A stretch of DNA of 64,000 bases from Bispira polyomma (Eukaryota): the NCBI GenBank assembly GCA_965649765.1, contig OZ287748.1:106330001-106394000 (forward strand), read 5' to 3'. Shown here one piece after another: positions 43,681 through 56,703 of the stretch. Numbering within the stretch: position 1 is the stretch's first letter; each line of letters begins with the position of its first letter. The translations under genes and the position numbers were made by a program. The notes beneath the pieces are model-generated. The model worked only from the letters and a program-made list of their open reading frames with translations. It had not been told where the DNA came from and ran no database searches.

Positions 43681-43915
43681 GGGGCCGCTGTGGCCTAGTG
43701 GTTAGCAAGCATTGCGCTTCACAATCACTGGTCTCTCACCTCTGGGCGGTGTGAGTTCGAATCCTGTCGATGCCTATGTGGGAAAGGTGGTAGTTCCTTA
43801 CTGTGGGCCGCTGGTTTCAGTGCAGAGCCCTGATCAACTGTATGCAGTGTTTCCTCCAACATTTCTAACTACCCGTTCCAGGTACTAGAGTGGACGTTAA
43901 ATATCCAAATTCAAA
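43681..43915 (+). mobile_element. SINE family A, full length
   Basis: Perfect 14-bp TSD ttcttgctcaagcc at 43667-43680 and 43916-43929. Confidence 0.93.
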
Positions 43916-45771
43916 TTCTTGCTCAAGCCAGACAAGATAAATGTGACCTTAGGTTTCTCGTAGATATTATATACTTTTACTATACATAATATTTACTTTT
44001 TATTTATTCGTACAGGCTACAGAGTATGTATATATATTTCTGTGGAGTTACATATATAATGGTAAAAAGGAAAACACACAAACTTTAGAATTATGTATAC
44101 AGATGGAAAATGTATCATTAATTTGTACATACAAAATTAAACAGATTATTAATTTCCGCAGTTACAAATAAACTAATTTTTCTGTCTCGCAGATAATTAG
44201 ATCCTGATTGTTGCTTTAACTATTATGATAAGCATTTATTTGCTTGCTCATTAATGCACTTGATTATGAGACATACCTAAACATGTCCTAGGTACATTCA
44301 TAGTACATCCTACTATGTTGGCACCTTTACAAAGCTTCAAATTACTACCACTGTTTATAAGTTTGAAACTAGTAAGTTGACTAGCAATTAGTTGAATCTT
44401 TTATCAATCAAATATTTACCTGGTACACCATTACATAACATTGTTTTAAAAATTATTTTGAATGACATGGAAGACAGTGCTAAAATGGCTATATTGTCAG
44501 CATAGCCTAGATGACAAAACATATACATATGTCTTTATTTATAAACGATTACCCGAGGGTTCTAGTACTGAGCCTGTAAATCGTAACTGGAAAAGGGGGC
44601 CTTTCTAGGTACTTGTACTTAGTTCTAACGCCACTAGGGCTAGATAATAAACACAGAATTAAACTTCTTTCATACAATTGTAAATAGGTCTTCAGCCTTT
44701 AACATTGTATCCAAAGAAGGCATTACTTAACTTTATTAGCTACTTTGAAGCCAAGGAAATGTACAGTTCAAACCTTAATAGTGACCACTCTCAAAGACAG
44801 ACAACTCCTACTTAAGGACCACTTTGAATCTTTCGGTGAATATTCCTATGCCAATATACTCTATCTAGAAGGACCACTCCAAAGTTGTGACCAGAGACTG
44901 CCTAAATTATTCCAATTTAAAATATTTGACGTCTATAAGAGAGGCTGCTTCAAATACTACAGGCCTCATCACAAGTTTACAGCGTCATTTTAATCAACAA
45001 AGTCTACAAAACAAGTTATTATCATTCATAATGTAACCTTTGATGTTATTGTTCAAAGTGTCACTAAAATGTGACCTCAATATGAGACTAAGTCTTACAG
45101 TAGGATCAATGTATGAACACCAAATTCGTTATATACTAGTTTTACTGTAGAATAACTTTGTGTTGAGGAGGCTAGTTAGCTGAGTTTGACTGATAAATTA
45201 ATACACTTTTAGGTTTTGAGTTATAAAACATGTTATTTGAACCACACAGATGTCTTTATATATGGAAGTATGGCACAGCTAAAAAATCAAGGTACCTACC
45301 GTTAATTACTTTACAGTATATTAACTTTTTTGGGGTTAAAGGGAAAACTACTGTTTATCCTTTTACTGTTTCAAACTTGAACAGTATTTAATAAGTACAT
45401 TATGCTTTACACATGCACAGTATTGCACCTAAAGATCCAGTATCTATATGGTTTGTGTGATTTACAATTCATCAGATTAAAACATGTGAAAACAATATAA
45501 GATAAAAGTGATTTATTGGTGGTGCCTTCCGTTAATTGCCGTACCAATTGCCCTTTAGATAGTGACAAAACAGTAAAGTACTCTTTTTTGCTTTACCCTT
45601 TTACTGTTTAGGTCTTTCAATAAGTCTTCATTTTCTTTTTGTGATAATATTAGTCCCAAATTTGGAAGTATATAAAACTAGACTTTAATAATGGAAAACT
45701 CCCCATTTCCTTTTAACTGTTTGAAATGATTTAGATGTCTTGGGACAATAGGGTAAAGGGCACTTTTAATT

Positions 45772-46158
45772 GGCTCAAATTGTAGTCACTATGACATCAC
45801 AAATTGTGTATCACCAAAACAACAATAACATATAAGGTTTTATATTTTTTTAATTTAACATCAAATATACACTCAAAATATACTCAATGTACAAGTTATA
45901 AACAACTTAAAATATACAAATAGATACACATAAATTTTATAGGGTAGAAATTATATTTGATGAATATCTACGATATACACAACAGTGTGTGATGTCACAA
46001 AGCTCCCTTCACATGTATGAAAACACTTTTTTCACAAAAAACAAGGTAGACTATGGAAAGCTTTTAGAGCCACCTACAGAAAAAAATGTGTTCTATCTAT
46101 TATCTAGATTAATCGACTTATTATGACTAATAATTAAGTTAATATCTCAAATACTACC
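45772..46158 (+). repeat. ~380-bp repeat, inverted partner of 53803-54166
   Basis: For example aaacaaggtagactatggaaagc versus gccttccatagactaccttgttt; collinear over the whole length, diverged. Confidence 0.85.
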
Positions 46159-46624
46159 CAACTAGGTCAACAATTCGACCTATACCCTGTTCAAACAAAT
46201 ACCGGACCATAATTTGGGATTGAAATACATTCAGTTGAATCCGGGTACAGTATCCAGACTACAAAAGTTAATCTCGGTTCTAAAAACCTCTAGTTTTCAT
46301 GCAAAGGGTAGCAAGCGTTGAATACAGTAAAATCATGTAAATTAGCGTGGGCTGTGATCACTGTTATTTTAAAATAATGACTTATAAGGGGAAAAATAAT
46401 TTATTTTAGCACAGTGATAGTCAATGTTTTATACAAAACTTTAAATGAGATATGTTATTAGATTTATTCTAATGCTTCAGAAAATCATGTTTAGTAATTG
46501 GTGTCAAACTCTCAAACCTTTAACAGTGCGCTTAAGACGAATTGCAATCAAACCTAAGAAGTCTCTGTTTGTGTAATTACACTACATCCAACAAGTTAAG
46601 CTTGAAGAAAGACTAGATGTCGAG

Positions 46625-49600
46625 CTTTACAGTACCACTGTGACCCCACTCAACCTGGTGTGATGCCAAACTTTACAGTACTCCCCACTGTGATCCCATT
46701 CAACCTGGTGTGATGCCAAACTTTACAGTACTCCCCACTGTGATCCCATTCAACCTGGTGTGATGCCAAACTTTACAGTACTCCCCACTGTGATCCCATT
46801 CAACCTGGTGTGATGCCAAACTTTACAGTACTCCCCACTGTGATTCCATTCAACCTGGTGTGATGCCAAACTTTACAGTACTCCCCACTGTGATCCCATT
46901 CAACCTGGTGTGATGCCAAACTTTACAGTACTCCCCACTGTGATCCCATTCAACCTGGTGTGATGCCAAACTTTACAGTACTCCCCACTGTGATCCCATT
47001 CAACCTGGTGTGATGCCAAACTTTACAGTACTCCCCACTGTGATCCCATTCAACCTGGTGTGATGCCAAACTTTACAGTACTCCCCACTGTGATCCCATT
47101 CAACCTGGTGTGATGCCAAACTTTACAGTACTCCCCACTGTGATCCCATTCAACCTGGTGTGATGTCAAACTTTACAGTACTCCCCACTGTGATCCCATT
47201 CAACCTGGTGTGATGCCAAACTTTACAGTACTCCCCACTGTGATCCCATTCAACCTGGTGTGATGCCAAACTTTACAGTACTCCCCACTGTGATCCCATT
47301 CAACCTGGTGTGATGCCAAACTTTACAGTACTCCCCACTGTGATCCCATTCAACCTGGTGTGATGCCAAACTTTACAGTACTCCCCACTGTGATCCCATT
47401 CAACCTGGTGTGATGCCAAACTTTACAGTACTCCCCACTGTGATCCCATTCAACCTGGTGTGATGCCAAACTTTACAGTACTCCCCACTGTGATCCCATT
47501 CAACCTGGTGTGATGCCAAACTTTACAGTACTCCCCACTGTGATCCCATTCAACCTGGTGTGATGCCAAACTTTACAGTACTCCCCACTGTGATCCCATT
47601 CAACCTGGTGTGATGCCAAACTTTACAGTACTCCCCACTGTGATCCCATTCAACCTGGTGTGATGCCAAACTTTACAGTACTCCCCACTGTGATCCCATT
47701 CAACCTGGTGTGATGCCAAACTTTACAGTACTCCCCACTGTGATCCCATTCAACCTGGTGTGATGCCAAACTTTACAGTACTCCCCACTGTGATCCCACT
47801 CAACCTGGTGTGATGCCAAACTTTACAGTACTCCACACTGTGATCCCATTCAACCTGGTGTGATGCCAAACTTTACAGTACTCCCCACTGTGATCCCATT
47901 CAACCTGGTGTGATGCCAAACTTTACAGTACTCCCCACTGTGATCCCACTCAACCTGGTGTGATGCCAAACTTTACAGTACTCCCCACTGTGATCCCACT
48001 CAACCTGGTGTGATGCCAAACTTTACAGTACTCCCCACTGTGATCCCACTCAACCTGGTGTGATGCCAAACTTTACAGTACTCCCCACTGTGATCCCATT
48101 CAACCTGGTGTGATGCCAAACTTTACAGTACTCCCCACTGTGATCCCATTCAACCTGGTGTGATGCCAAACTTTACAGTACTCCCCACTGTGATCCCATT
48201 CAACCTGGTGTGATGCCAAACTTTACAGTACTCCCCACTGTGATCCCATTCAACCTGGTGTGATGCCAAACTTTACAGTACTCCCCACTGTGATCCCATT
48301 CAACCTGGTGTGATGTCAAACTTTACAGTACTCCCCACTGTGATCCCATTCAACCTGGTGTGATGCCAAACTTTACAGTACTCCCCACTGTGATCCCATT
48401 CAACCTGGTGTGATGCCAAACTTTACAGTACTCCCCACTGTGATCCCATTCAACCTGGTGTGATGCCAAACTTTACAGTACTCCCCACTGTGATCCCATT
48501 CAACCTGGTGTGATGTCAAACTTTACAGTACTCCCCACTGTGATCCCATTCAACCTGGTGTGATGCCAAACTTTACAGTACTCCCCACTGTGATCCCATT
48601 CAACCTGGTGTGATGCCAAACTTTACAGTACTCCCCACTGTGATCCCATTCAACCTGGTGTGATGCCAAACTTTACAGTACTCCCCACTGTGATCCCATT
48701 CAACCTGGTGTGATGCCAAACTTTACAGTACTCCCCACTGTGATCCCATTCAACCTGGTGTGATGCCAAACTTTACAGTACTCCCCACTGTGATCCCATT
48801 CAACCTGGTGTGATGCCAAACTTTACAGTACTCCCCACTGTGATCCCATTCAACCTGGTGTGATGCCAAACTTTACAGTACTCCCCACTGTGATCCCATT
48901 CAACCTGGTGTGATGCCAAACTTTACAGTACTCCCCACTGTGATCCCACTCAACCTGGTGTGATGCCAAACTTTACAGTACTCCACACTGTGATCCCATT
49001 CAACCTGGTGTGATGCCAAACTTTACAGTACTCCCCACTGTGATCCCATTCAACCTGGTGTGATGCCAAACTTTACAGTACTCCCCACTGTGATCCCACT
49101 CAACCTGGTGTGATGCCAAACTTTACAGTACTCCCCACTGTGATCCCACTCAACCTGGTGTGATGCCAAACTTTACAGTACTCCCCACTGTGATCCCACT
49201 CAACCTGGTGTGATGCCAAACTTTACAGTACTCCCCACTGTGATCCCATTCAACCTGGTGTGATGCCAAACTTTACAGTACTCCCCACTGTGATCCCATT
49301 CAACCTGGTGTGATGCCAAACTTTACAGTACTCCCCACTGTGATCCCATTCAACCTGGTGTGATGCCAAACTTTACAGTACTCCCCACTGTGATCCCATT
49401 CAACCTGGTGTGATGCCAAACTTTACAGTACTCCCCACTGTGATCCCATTCAACCTGGTGTGATGCCAAACTTTACAGTACTCCCCACTGTGATCCCACT
49501 CAACCTGGTGTGATGCCAAACTTTACAGTACTCCCCACTGTGATCCCACTCAACCTGGTGTGATGCCAAACTTTACAGTACTCCCCACTGTGATCCCACT

Positions 49601-50427
49601 CAACCTGGTGTGATGCCAAACTTTACAGTACTCCCCACTGTGATCCCACTCAACCTGGTGTGATGCCAAACTTTACAGTACTCCCCACTGTGATCCCACT
49701 CAACCTGGTGTGATGCCAAACTTTACAGTACTCCCCACTGTGATCCCATTCAACCTGGTGTGATGCCAAACTTTACAGTACTCCCCACTGTGATCCCACT
49801 CAACCTGGTGTGATGCCAAACTTTACAGTACTCCCCACTGTGATCCCATTCAACCTGGTGTGATGCCAAACTTTACAGTACTCCCCACTGTGATCCCATT
49901 CAACCTGGTGTGATGCCAAACTTTACAGTACTCCCCACTGTGATCCCATTCAATCTGGTGTGATGCCAAACTTTACAGTACTCCCCACTGTGATCCCATT
50001 CAACCTGGTGTGATGCCAAACTTTACAGTACTCCCCACTGTGATCCCATTCAACCTGGTGTGATGCCAAACTTTACAGTACTCCCCACTGTGATCCCATT
50101 CAACCTGGTGTGATGCCAAACTTTACAGTACTCCCCACTGTGATCCCATTCAACCTGGTGTGATGCCAAACTTTACAGTACTCCCCACTGTGATCCCATT
50201 CAACCTGGTGTGATGCCAAACTTTACAGTACTCCCCACTGTGATCCCATTCAACCTGGTGTGATGCCAAACTTTACAGTACTCCCCACTGTGATCCCATT
50301 CAACCTGGTGTGATGCCAAACTTTACAGTACTCCCCACTGTGATCCCATTCAACCTGGTGTGATGCCAAACTTTACAGTACTCCCCACTGTGATCCCATT
50401 CAACCTGGTGTGATGCCAAACTTTACA
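46625..50427. repeat. 50-bp satellite array, ~76 near-identical copies
   Basis: ctttacagtactccccactgtgatcccattcaacctggtgtgatgccaaa with rare single-base variants. Confidence 0.98.
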
Positions 50428-50449
50428 TTCCTGCCATATTTCCGGGAAT

Positions 50450-50735
50450 GCTTCATATGCCAAAGCATGCCCAAAAGGATCCTTATACTCCACTCAACAA
50501 CCGAGGTATTAATCTATTGTCATGTGTAGCAAAGTATTATTCATCCTTATCAAACAACAGAATCCAAATATATTGTAACATGACAGAAATTTTGGTTTCC
50601 AGTAACATCTGGTTTGTAACAGGGTGATAGCTCACCTACACTTTTCTGTATTTATATCAATGATCTAGCTGTTACACTAAAAGTGCAGATAACTTGGTCT
50701 CATTAGCAGAAAATGAGCAAGATCTATAAGATGGC
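50450..50735 (+). mobile_element. Degraded LINE reverse-transcriptase remnant
   Basis: PLNNRGINLLSCVAK...WFPVTSGL*QGD...SPTLFCIYINDL...ADNLVSLAENE. Confidence 0.75.
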
Positions 50736-51267
50736 TCATATGTGACTTTAAATACTTCGACGTGTGATGGTGTAAATTTTAGAAACCAATTAGCGGCAAT
50801 ATTAACTTTATAGTTATATAGCAGAGTCAAACAATACCATGCATGAATTTAAACAATATATTATTGTTAATTATGCTTGGTCTTATTTTTATTTTAATTT
50901 ATTGCAATTTGATTTTAGTTTTCCACTTTAGACATTTTCAATTTTATTTCATTGAAGAATATTTCCCTTGATATATTACATAAAAAAAAGAAAACAAAAA
51001 CTGAATTTCATGCTCATAAAACCACTATTACATACAGCACATGTCCGGTCCTCTATATATAATGTATCATTTAAAAATACATAGGCAGTGTCCACCCTTG
51101 TGTAGGGGTCTAAATTATGATACAAGATTTGCTCTTTTTTCCACCCCCTCTGTAGGGTTAAAAATACAGACTAACCCACGATTCACTGGCATTTAACCAA
51201 TAGTATTTGCATGAAAATATAGGTTGAAATGTTATTTCAACTTTAAACTTCATAGTTTGACATTTAA

Positions 51268-53307
51268 TGGTGCTGTTCCACTATCATGAACGGTCAGGGA
51301 GAGGCCCCGATTTTGAAATTGTGAGCATTGTTCGGCTTCGATCGGCTCGATTTGTATTTACGATCACGACCCCTCTAATTGCTATAGATAAGTTGTTGCA
51401 ACTACTTACGATCAAAAAGATAGGTCATAAGGGCGTTAAGATCCAGTCATTAGATTTGAATTTAAATTTGGATATTTAACGTCCACTTTAGTACCTGTTT
51501 AGGTTATATTGGGATGGGTAGTTGGAAACGCTGGAGGAAACACTGCATATAGTTGATCAAGGTTCTGCACTGAAACCAGTGGCCCACAGTAAGGAACTAC
51601 CACCTTTCCCACATAGGCATCGACGGGATTCGAACTCACGCCGCCCAGAGGTGAGAGACAAGTGATGGTGAAGCGCAATGCTTGCTAACCACTAGGCCCC
51701 TCATTGGACACTAAGATATGTTGGCCAATGGAGTGGCTGATCCCGATCGAAATCTTGGTAATAACTGTATAAACGAGGGTTCAAACTTGAATCCAGGCAG
51801 TTTTAATTCTAAAGTCAAGTTATTAACATGATTCCACAAAGAATATTAAATCTAGCAAATGGACTTAGGGCTGTAATTGCCCACATGCAAGCACAACTAA
51901 TGGTTATTATGGAGATCGAAGTCAGAATATGACAATTAAGAAGGCAAAGGGAAGCACTAAATATACAACCTCAGGTTCAGGTGGCCAGAAGACAAGGCCA
52001 AGGTTTTGGATCAAGTCATGGCTTAGAGAACGGAACATGGACACTACACCTCACTCATGCCACGCCTGGAGCTGCAAGATCTCCAGTCAAACTCAAACCT
52101 CCTCAGGATGCCCCTCTCACATATTCCAGGATATGGAGAGGAGAGTGGGGCACAGGATACAGAGACACACCACCTGATACAGAAAGGCACTGACACCTTG
52201 ACTCAAGAGAACTATCATTTTGAGGCATTTGGCTACTGGGGAGTCCTACACATTGCTGCAGTACTCATTCATAGTGGGTAGTGGGGTTTTCACATTTCTA
52301 CTTTGGGGTGGTTTTTAGTATTGCATTATTTTTTTTTATTATTTGTTTTGCAAAATATTTTTCTTCTGGGGTGTATGTGGGCAAACTTCTACTTCGGGGA
52401 AAGTAGAAAAAAAAACCCAGTCCTGGATAGTGCTCACATGGTTGAATGCCTCCCTTCTAAAGTGCTTAAAATGTTCATCTGGCAATTTCTCGGCCTCCAA
52501 TGTCAACCAGTTGAGAAATGCCCCCTGGGTCCCTCAGTCTTGGGCCTGATGGCGTCCTTAAAGAAGCCTAAGATGGTGTCCTTCATCGTTGCCAGCATGT
52601 TCCTCAAGTCAGTAGACACTGCCGCCTTGGGGTTTAGGGTTGAACTGGTACAAAATGAAGACTGCTTTGAAGTATTTTCAGGGGATGCTATCAGCAAAGA
52701 AGTCTCCATCTCTGTTTCAGCTCCTTGGTCTGTGTCTGACTGGGACCTTATATACTCTAAGGCTGCCTCCCGAAATGTGCGTCGACCAATAGGATTTTGA
52801 GTTATCTTTTGACACCCTGATCTATCGTTTTACTCCCTGACCTATCTTTTGTTCCCCCGAGTTATCTTTTCACCCAGCGCTAATGACTTATCATTTGTTT
52901 AGCCTGATCTATCTTTTTGATCGGGGCTTCCCTAATGACTTCTCTTTTGTTTCCCCCGAGTTATCTTTTCAATCGGGGGCAAACAAAGGATCTATCTTTG
53001 AAACATGACATGATAACTCGGGGGGGGGGGGGAGATAAATCAGGATGAAATTTCAAACGATTTAGGGGAAGATTGAAAATATAGGTAATTAAAAAACGTA
53101 AAGATAAGTCGTCAGTGGGTTACGATTGGCCCTGATTGATCTGCCGTGGCATCCATATTCACACCTGCTCGCAGAGGTTTTTAAACATGTTTGAAAACCT
53201 CTGATTGGAAACAATAAGTTATTGGAACCCCCGACCTCTCCGATAATTGCGATGATCTTATAATCGTAATGACCGGGGGCCATGATCGGCATAGTGGAAC
53301 AGGGGTA
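51268..53307. mobile_element. Decayed PIF/Harbinger DNA transposon
   Basis: Inverted ends with core ctgttccactat / atagtggaacag and TAA/TTA flanks. Plus-strand transposase N-terminal remnant at ~51990-52275 (FWIKSWLRER...GHY.SLM..L...D...RM...LATGESY). A convergent minus-strand ORF remnant lies at ~52350-52800. Confidence 0.8.
51455..51700 (-). mobile_element. SINE family A inserted in the Harbinger element
   Basis: Same consensus; flanks tcattaga / tcattgga. Confidence 0.9.
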
Positions 53308-53802
53308 TTATATCTGCTGAAAACTTTACTGTTTAATATACTTAATACAGCAAACATAGAGTATTTTCTGAGTGCCTGCAATGTCGGGGGGGGGGGGGGG
53401 GGGGGCTTATGTGCATTTAACAAATTGTATAGGTCATATCGAGATTCGAACTAGGACCATAAAGATGGGAGGCGAGTATGTTAACACTGCCCCACCGAGG
53501 CCCCCACTTATTGTTAAATACCTACAAAGACATGAACAATTGAAGTCAATAGAATTGATACTGTGATGTAATCAATGCAAGTAATCCATTTTGTCGACCC
53601 ACCCCCAAAACAGGCCACCATGTTTATTCTATTTTGAATGTGTTCTAACAGTAGTCCCAGCCTATGCTAATTTTACATGATGTTACTGTATTCGATGGTT
53701 GCAACTGCCACATAAAAATTGGAAGTAACTTCCAATTTTGAATCTGGTTAAATCCCATATATTAGTATATGTCGCTTTGTTGACTTAATATGACTTATTT
53801 GT

Positions 53803-54166
53803 GTAGTACTTGAGATATTAAGTCGATTAATCATGATAATAGGGGAAAACAATTGTGTAGATGGCTCTAACAGCCTTCCATAGACTACCTTGTTTTCTGT
53901 GAAATAGTGTTTCATACATGTGATGGTAGTTTTGTGACATCACAGAGTGATGTGTATATTGCAGATATTCATCTAATTTAATTACTACCCTATAAATCTA
54001 TGCTCATCTTTGTTTATCAGTTATTTGTATATTTTAGGTTGTTTATCACTTATTTCTACGAGTGTATATTTGATTTCAAGAATTATTTACATATAAAACC
54101 TTGTTTTATTGTTGCCTTGGAGACAAATTTTGTTATGTCATAATGACTTATAACAACCTGAGCCAG
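53803..54166 (-). repeat. Inverted copy of 45772-46158
   Basis: Reverse-complement match by eye. Confidence 0.85.
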
Positions 54167-54649
54167 TAGGATCGTGATATTTCAACACAACAAAAGTGTT
54201 AATTATCTCGTTTTCGACAAAGGCTTGATGAATGTTTACAATTGTATGAACATGATAAGTATCGTTGCAAATGAAAAAGACTTAATTGATCCAAACTGTA
54301 CTTATAATCCTTTGTGGCCTAGTGATTAATTGTCTGGTCATCCGAGGATCTCTGATTTGTGTTACTCCGGGGCTTGATCTAGAACTTTCTTGATCATTGC
54401 CGCTATGTTAGTGAATAGTCTGCCAGATCAGCATAGATCACTAGAAATACTTTTTGGGTTTAGAAGAAACTTAAAACCCCTCCCTGTACACCCCTACATC
54501 CTGCCTTACAATCTTGCTATGTTTTTGAGCTTCTCAATTGGTGAATTGATGCACTTTAGAAGATGCCTCTAGTTGTGCATAAAAGATGCCCGACATCGCT
54601 TGAGCACATTAAGCATATGGTCCCTCACCACTATCACACCACGATCAAA

Positions 54650-55420
54650 GGTGAGGTTTTATGCCCCTTTCAACAGGTGATGGCTAGATTCAATGGCGGA
54701 CGGAAGCAATAATGAATCACTATAAACCACTGACCTACGGCAATTACCTGATAAACTTTCCTGTGTAATGGGCCGGTCCCACCGGATTTACGTTAGGATA
54801 TGTAAGTCACGCATGGCCTTGTAAATTATTTGATGCAAAACGTCATGCAAAACTCGAAATTAGCAATTTTCTCCACTTTGAAGGCATCAACAGACGTTGA
54901 AATTCATGTATTAGTACGTCAAAAGCTGTAAAGTCTCGCAGGGGATGCTTAAGTTCACGTCCAAGTAAGTACCCCTGTATGACATGTATGAGTACACCAA
55001 TACACGTTGAAGGCCATCATTTGTGACGTTTAAATATGTTAAATTGGGTTAAACCACGTCATTCACACATTGTGACGCATATAGCCGTTATACTAAATCA
55101 CCTCTCGCAAAGCTCTCACAAATATTAGGTTAAACCACGTATCAATCTTACGTGGTTTGCGTGTCCAAATTTCAAACGGTTTGAAATTAATAATTTCTTG
55201 CGTGTCATCTCTCACGCCAGGTTATGCATGCTTATGTATATCACGTCACCTCCCGCAAATACCACACAAAATCCATGCAAATAAATTTCCTAACGACAGC
55301 AAACGTGACGGCCGGTGGGACCAGGGTATAAAGGAATAAATATAAGTCATACAATGTACTTGGTGAAATGCTGGTGACTGTCAAGCTCACGCTTCTAACC
55401 ACTAGACCAGCGTGGTCCCA
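54650..55420 (-). mobile_element. SINE family B split by a ~550-bp TIR element (~54773-55326)
   Basis: SINE tail at 54650-54770 and head at 55370-55420; the insert has inverted ends ggtcccaccgg...cgttagga / tcctaacg...ccggtgggacc. Confidence 0.65.
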
Positions 55421-56492
55421 TTGTGTATGTAAGTGAAAATTGTCAGTAGTATATAAATCGAGCCACTTTGATACTTGACCTGGACTGCTGAAAATATTTG
55501 CACGTGACAATATATTGTTGTATTAATGTTTCAGTAAAAAAGGACTCAATGGTCAAAACAGTGGAAATTATAAGAATTATTTAGGAAGTTATTTTAATTA
55601 AACAGATTGAAAAATGATTTGATGCCCATTTTAAAAATCAGATAAGAAGTGCTATCACTGGTGATAGGAAATAATTCAGCTGTTCTTTTTTATGTAGAGT
55701 TTATTAGCTTGGCACACAAAATCCGAAAACAGATAGAAATTGTTTAATTGTGTAGCTTGATGCAAGACAAATTTAAGTCGTAGTTCAACGCCTAAAGGAA
55801 TTAGATATACACATTATTGGTACATATTGTTAGTATTCATTCAATGACAAACCTGTTTCAATATTTCAGAAAAATAGCTTTCAATACTATTTTATGTCCT
55901 ATAGGTCTAACATTCTCATATATTACAGATTTATGTGAGACACTGCCACTGAACCAATGAGTTTAGGATATTCTGGGTTAGTGTTGCAGCACTTTTTAGT
56001 CTGGTTTTTTTTAGTTTGGCATGGAAATATGTGCATATAAACAACTAGAATATGTATGGTCAGCAGCTGAAAATGAAGCTGCCTTGTTTGGTCAGTGTGA
56101 GTATTATTTCTCAAAGATTTAATACTTAAACTCCCAATAATTGTATTGTATTTTGTATGTTTGTGCCCTGCAAGGCATCTCCTACAGTGCAACAACAGAC
56201 TGTTGAAAATAATCTCAAAATATGTTTGCTGTATCTTTGTGTACAATAAAGATATCTAAAATCGGACTACATTTTCGAGTTCCACAAATGAATAGTAATA
56301 TGTGTAGGTTATTCCTATTTAATAGGGGAAATCTATGTAGTAGTACTTGAGTTTAAGTGCGAGTTTATGTAGTTTAACATAATATACATACAGACCCAAT
56401 GTTTTAGACATGTGCTTTACAGCCAAGGAAAGAATGGTGTCAAGCATTAAACCAGAAAGAAAACACCACAGGGAAATATTAGCTATTTCACT

Positions 56493-56498
56493 TTTATT
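56493..56498 (-). terminator. Putative polyadenylation signal
   Basis: AATAAA on the minus strand about 205 nt downstream of the stop codon. Confidence 0.4.
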
Positions 56499-56703
56499 GC
56501 CAGAATTAACATGCATGCTGTGCAAAAATTATAATGGTGTCAATTCTTAAGGTCCCATGAGTAACCTAATAACAAAAGTTTTTGAAAGCAAAACCTCAAA
56601 ATGATGCAGACTAATGTAGATTGGATTCACTTTGTACATTTAATCATTGCTTTCACTTTGCCTTAAAGTTAGACTACAATACAAACTCCCCCAATATAGA
56701 CCT

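Noticed and set aside
43681-43770. tRNA gene
   Set aside because: The A/B boxes belong to a SINE head that continues into a SINE body and tail with a TSD; there is no complete cloverleaf.
46625-50427. CRISPR-like array
   Set aside because: Head-to-tail identical units without unique spacers, no cas genes, and a eukaryotic context.
52303-52800. 165-aa plus-strand ORF as a host gene
   Set aside because: It lies inside the Harbinger remnant and is most likely the antisense of its second gene.
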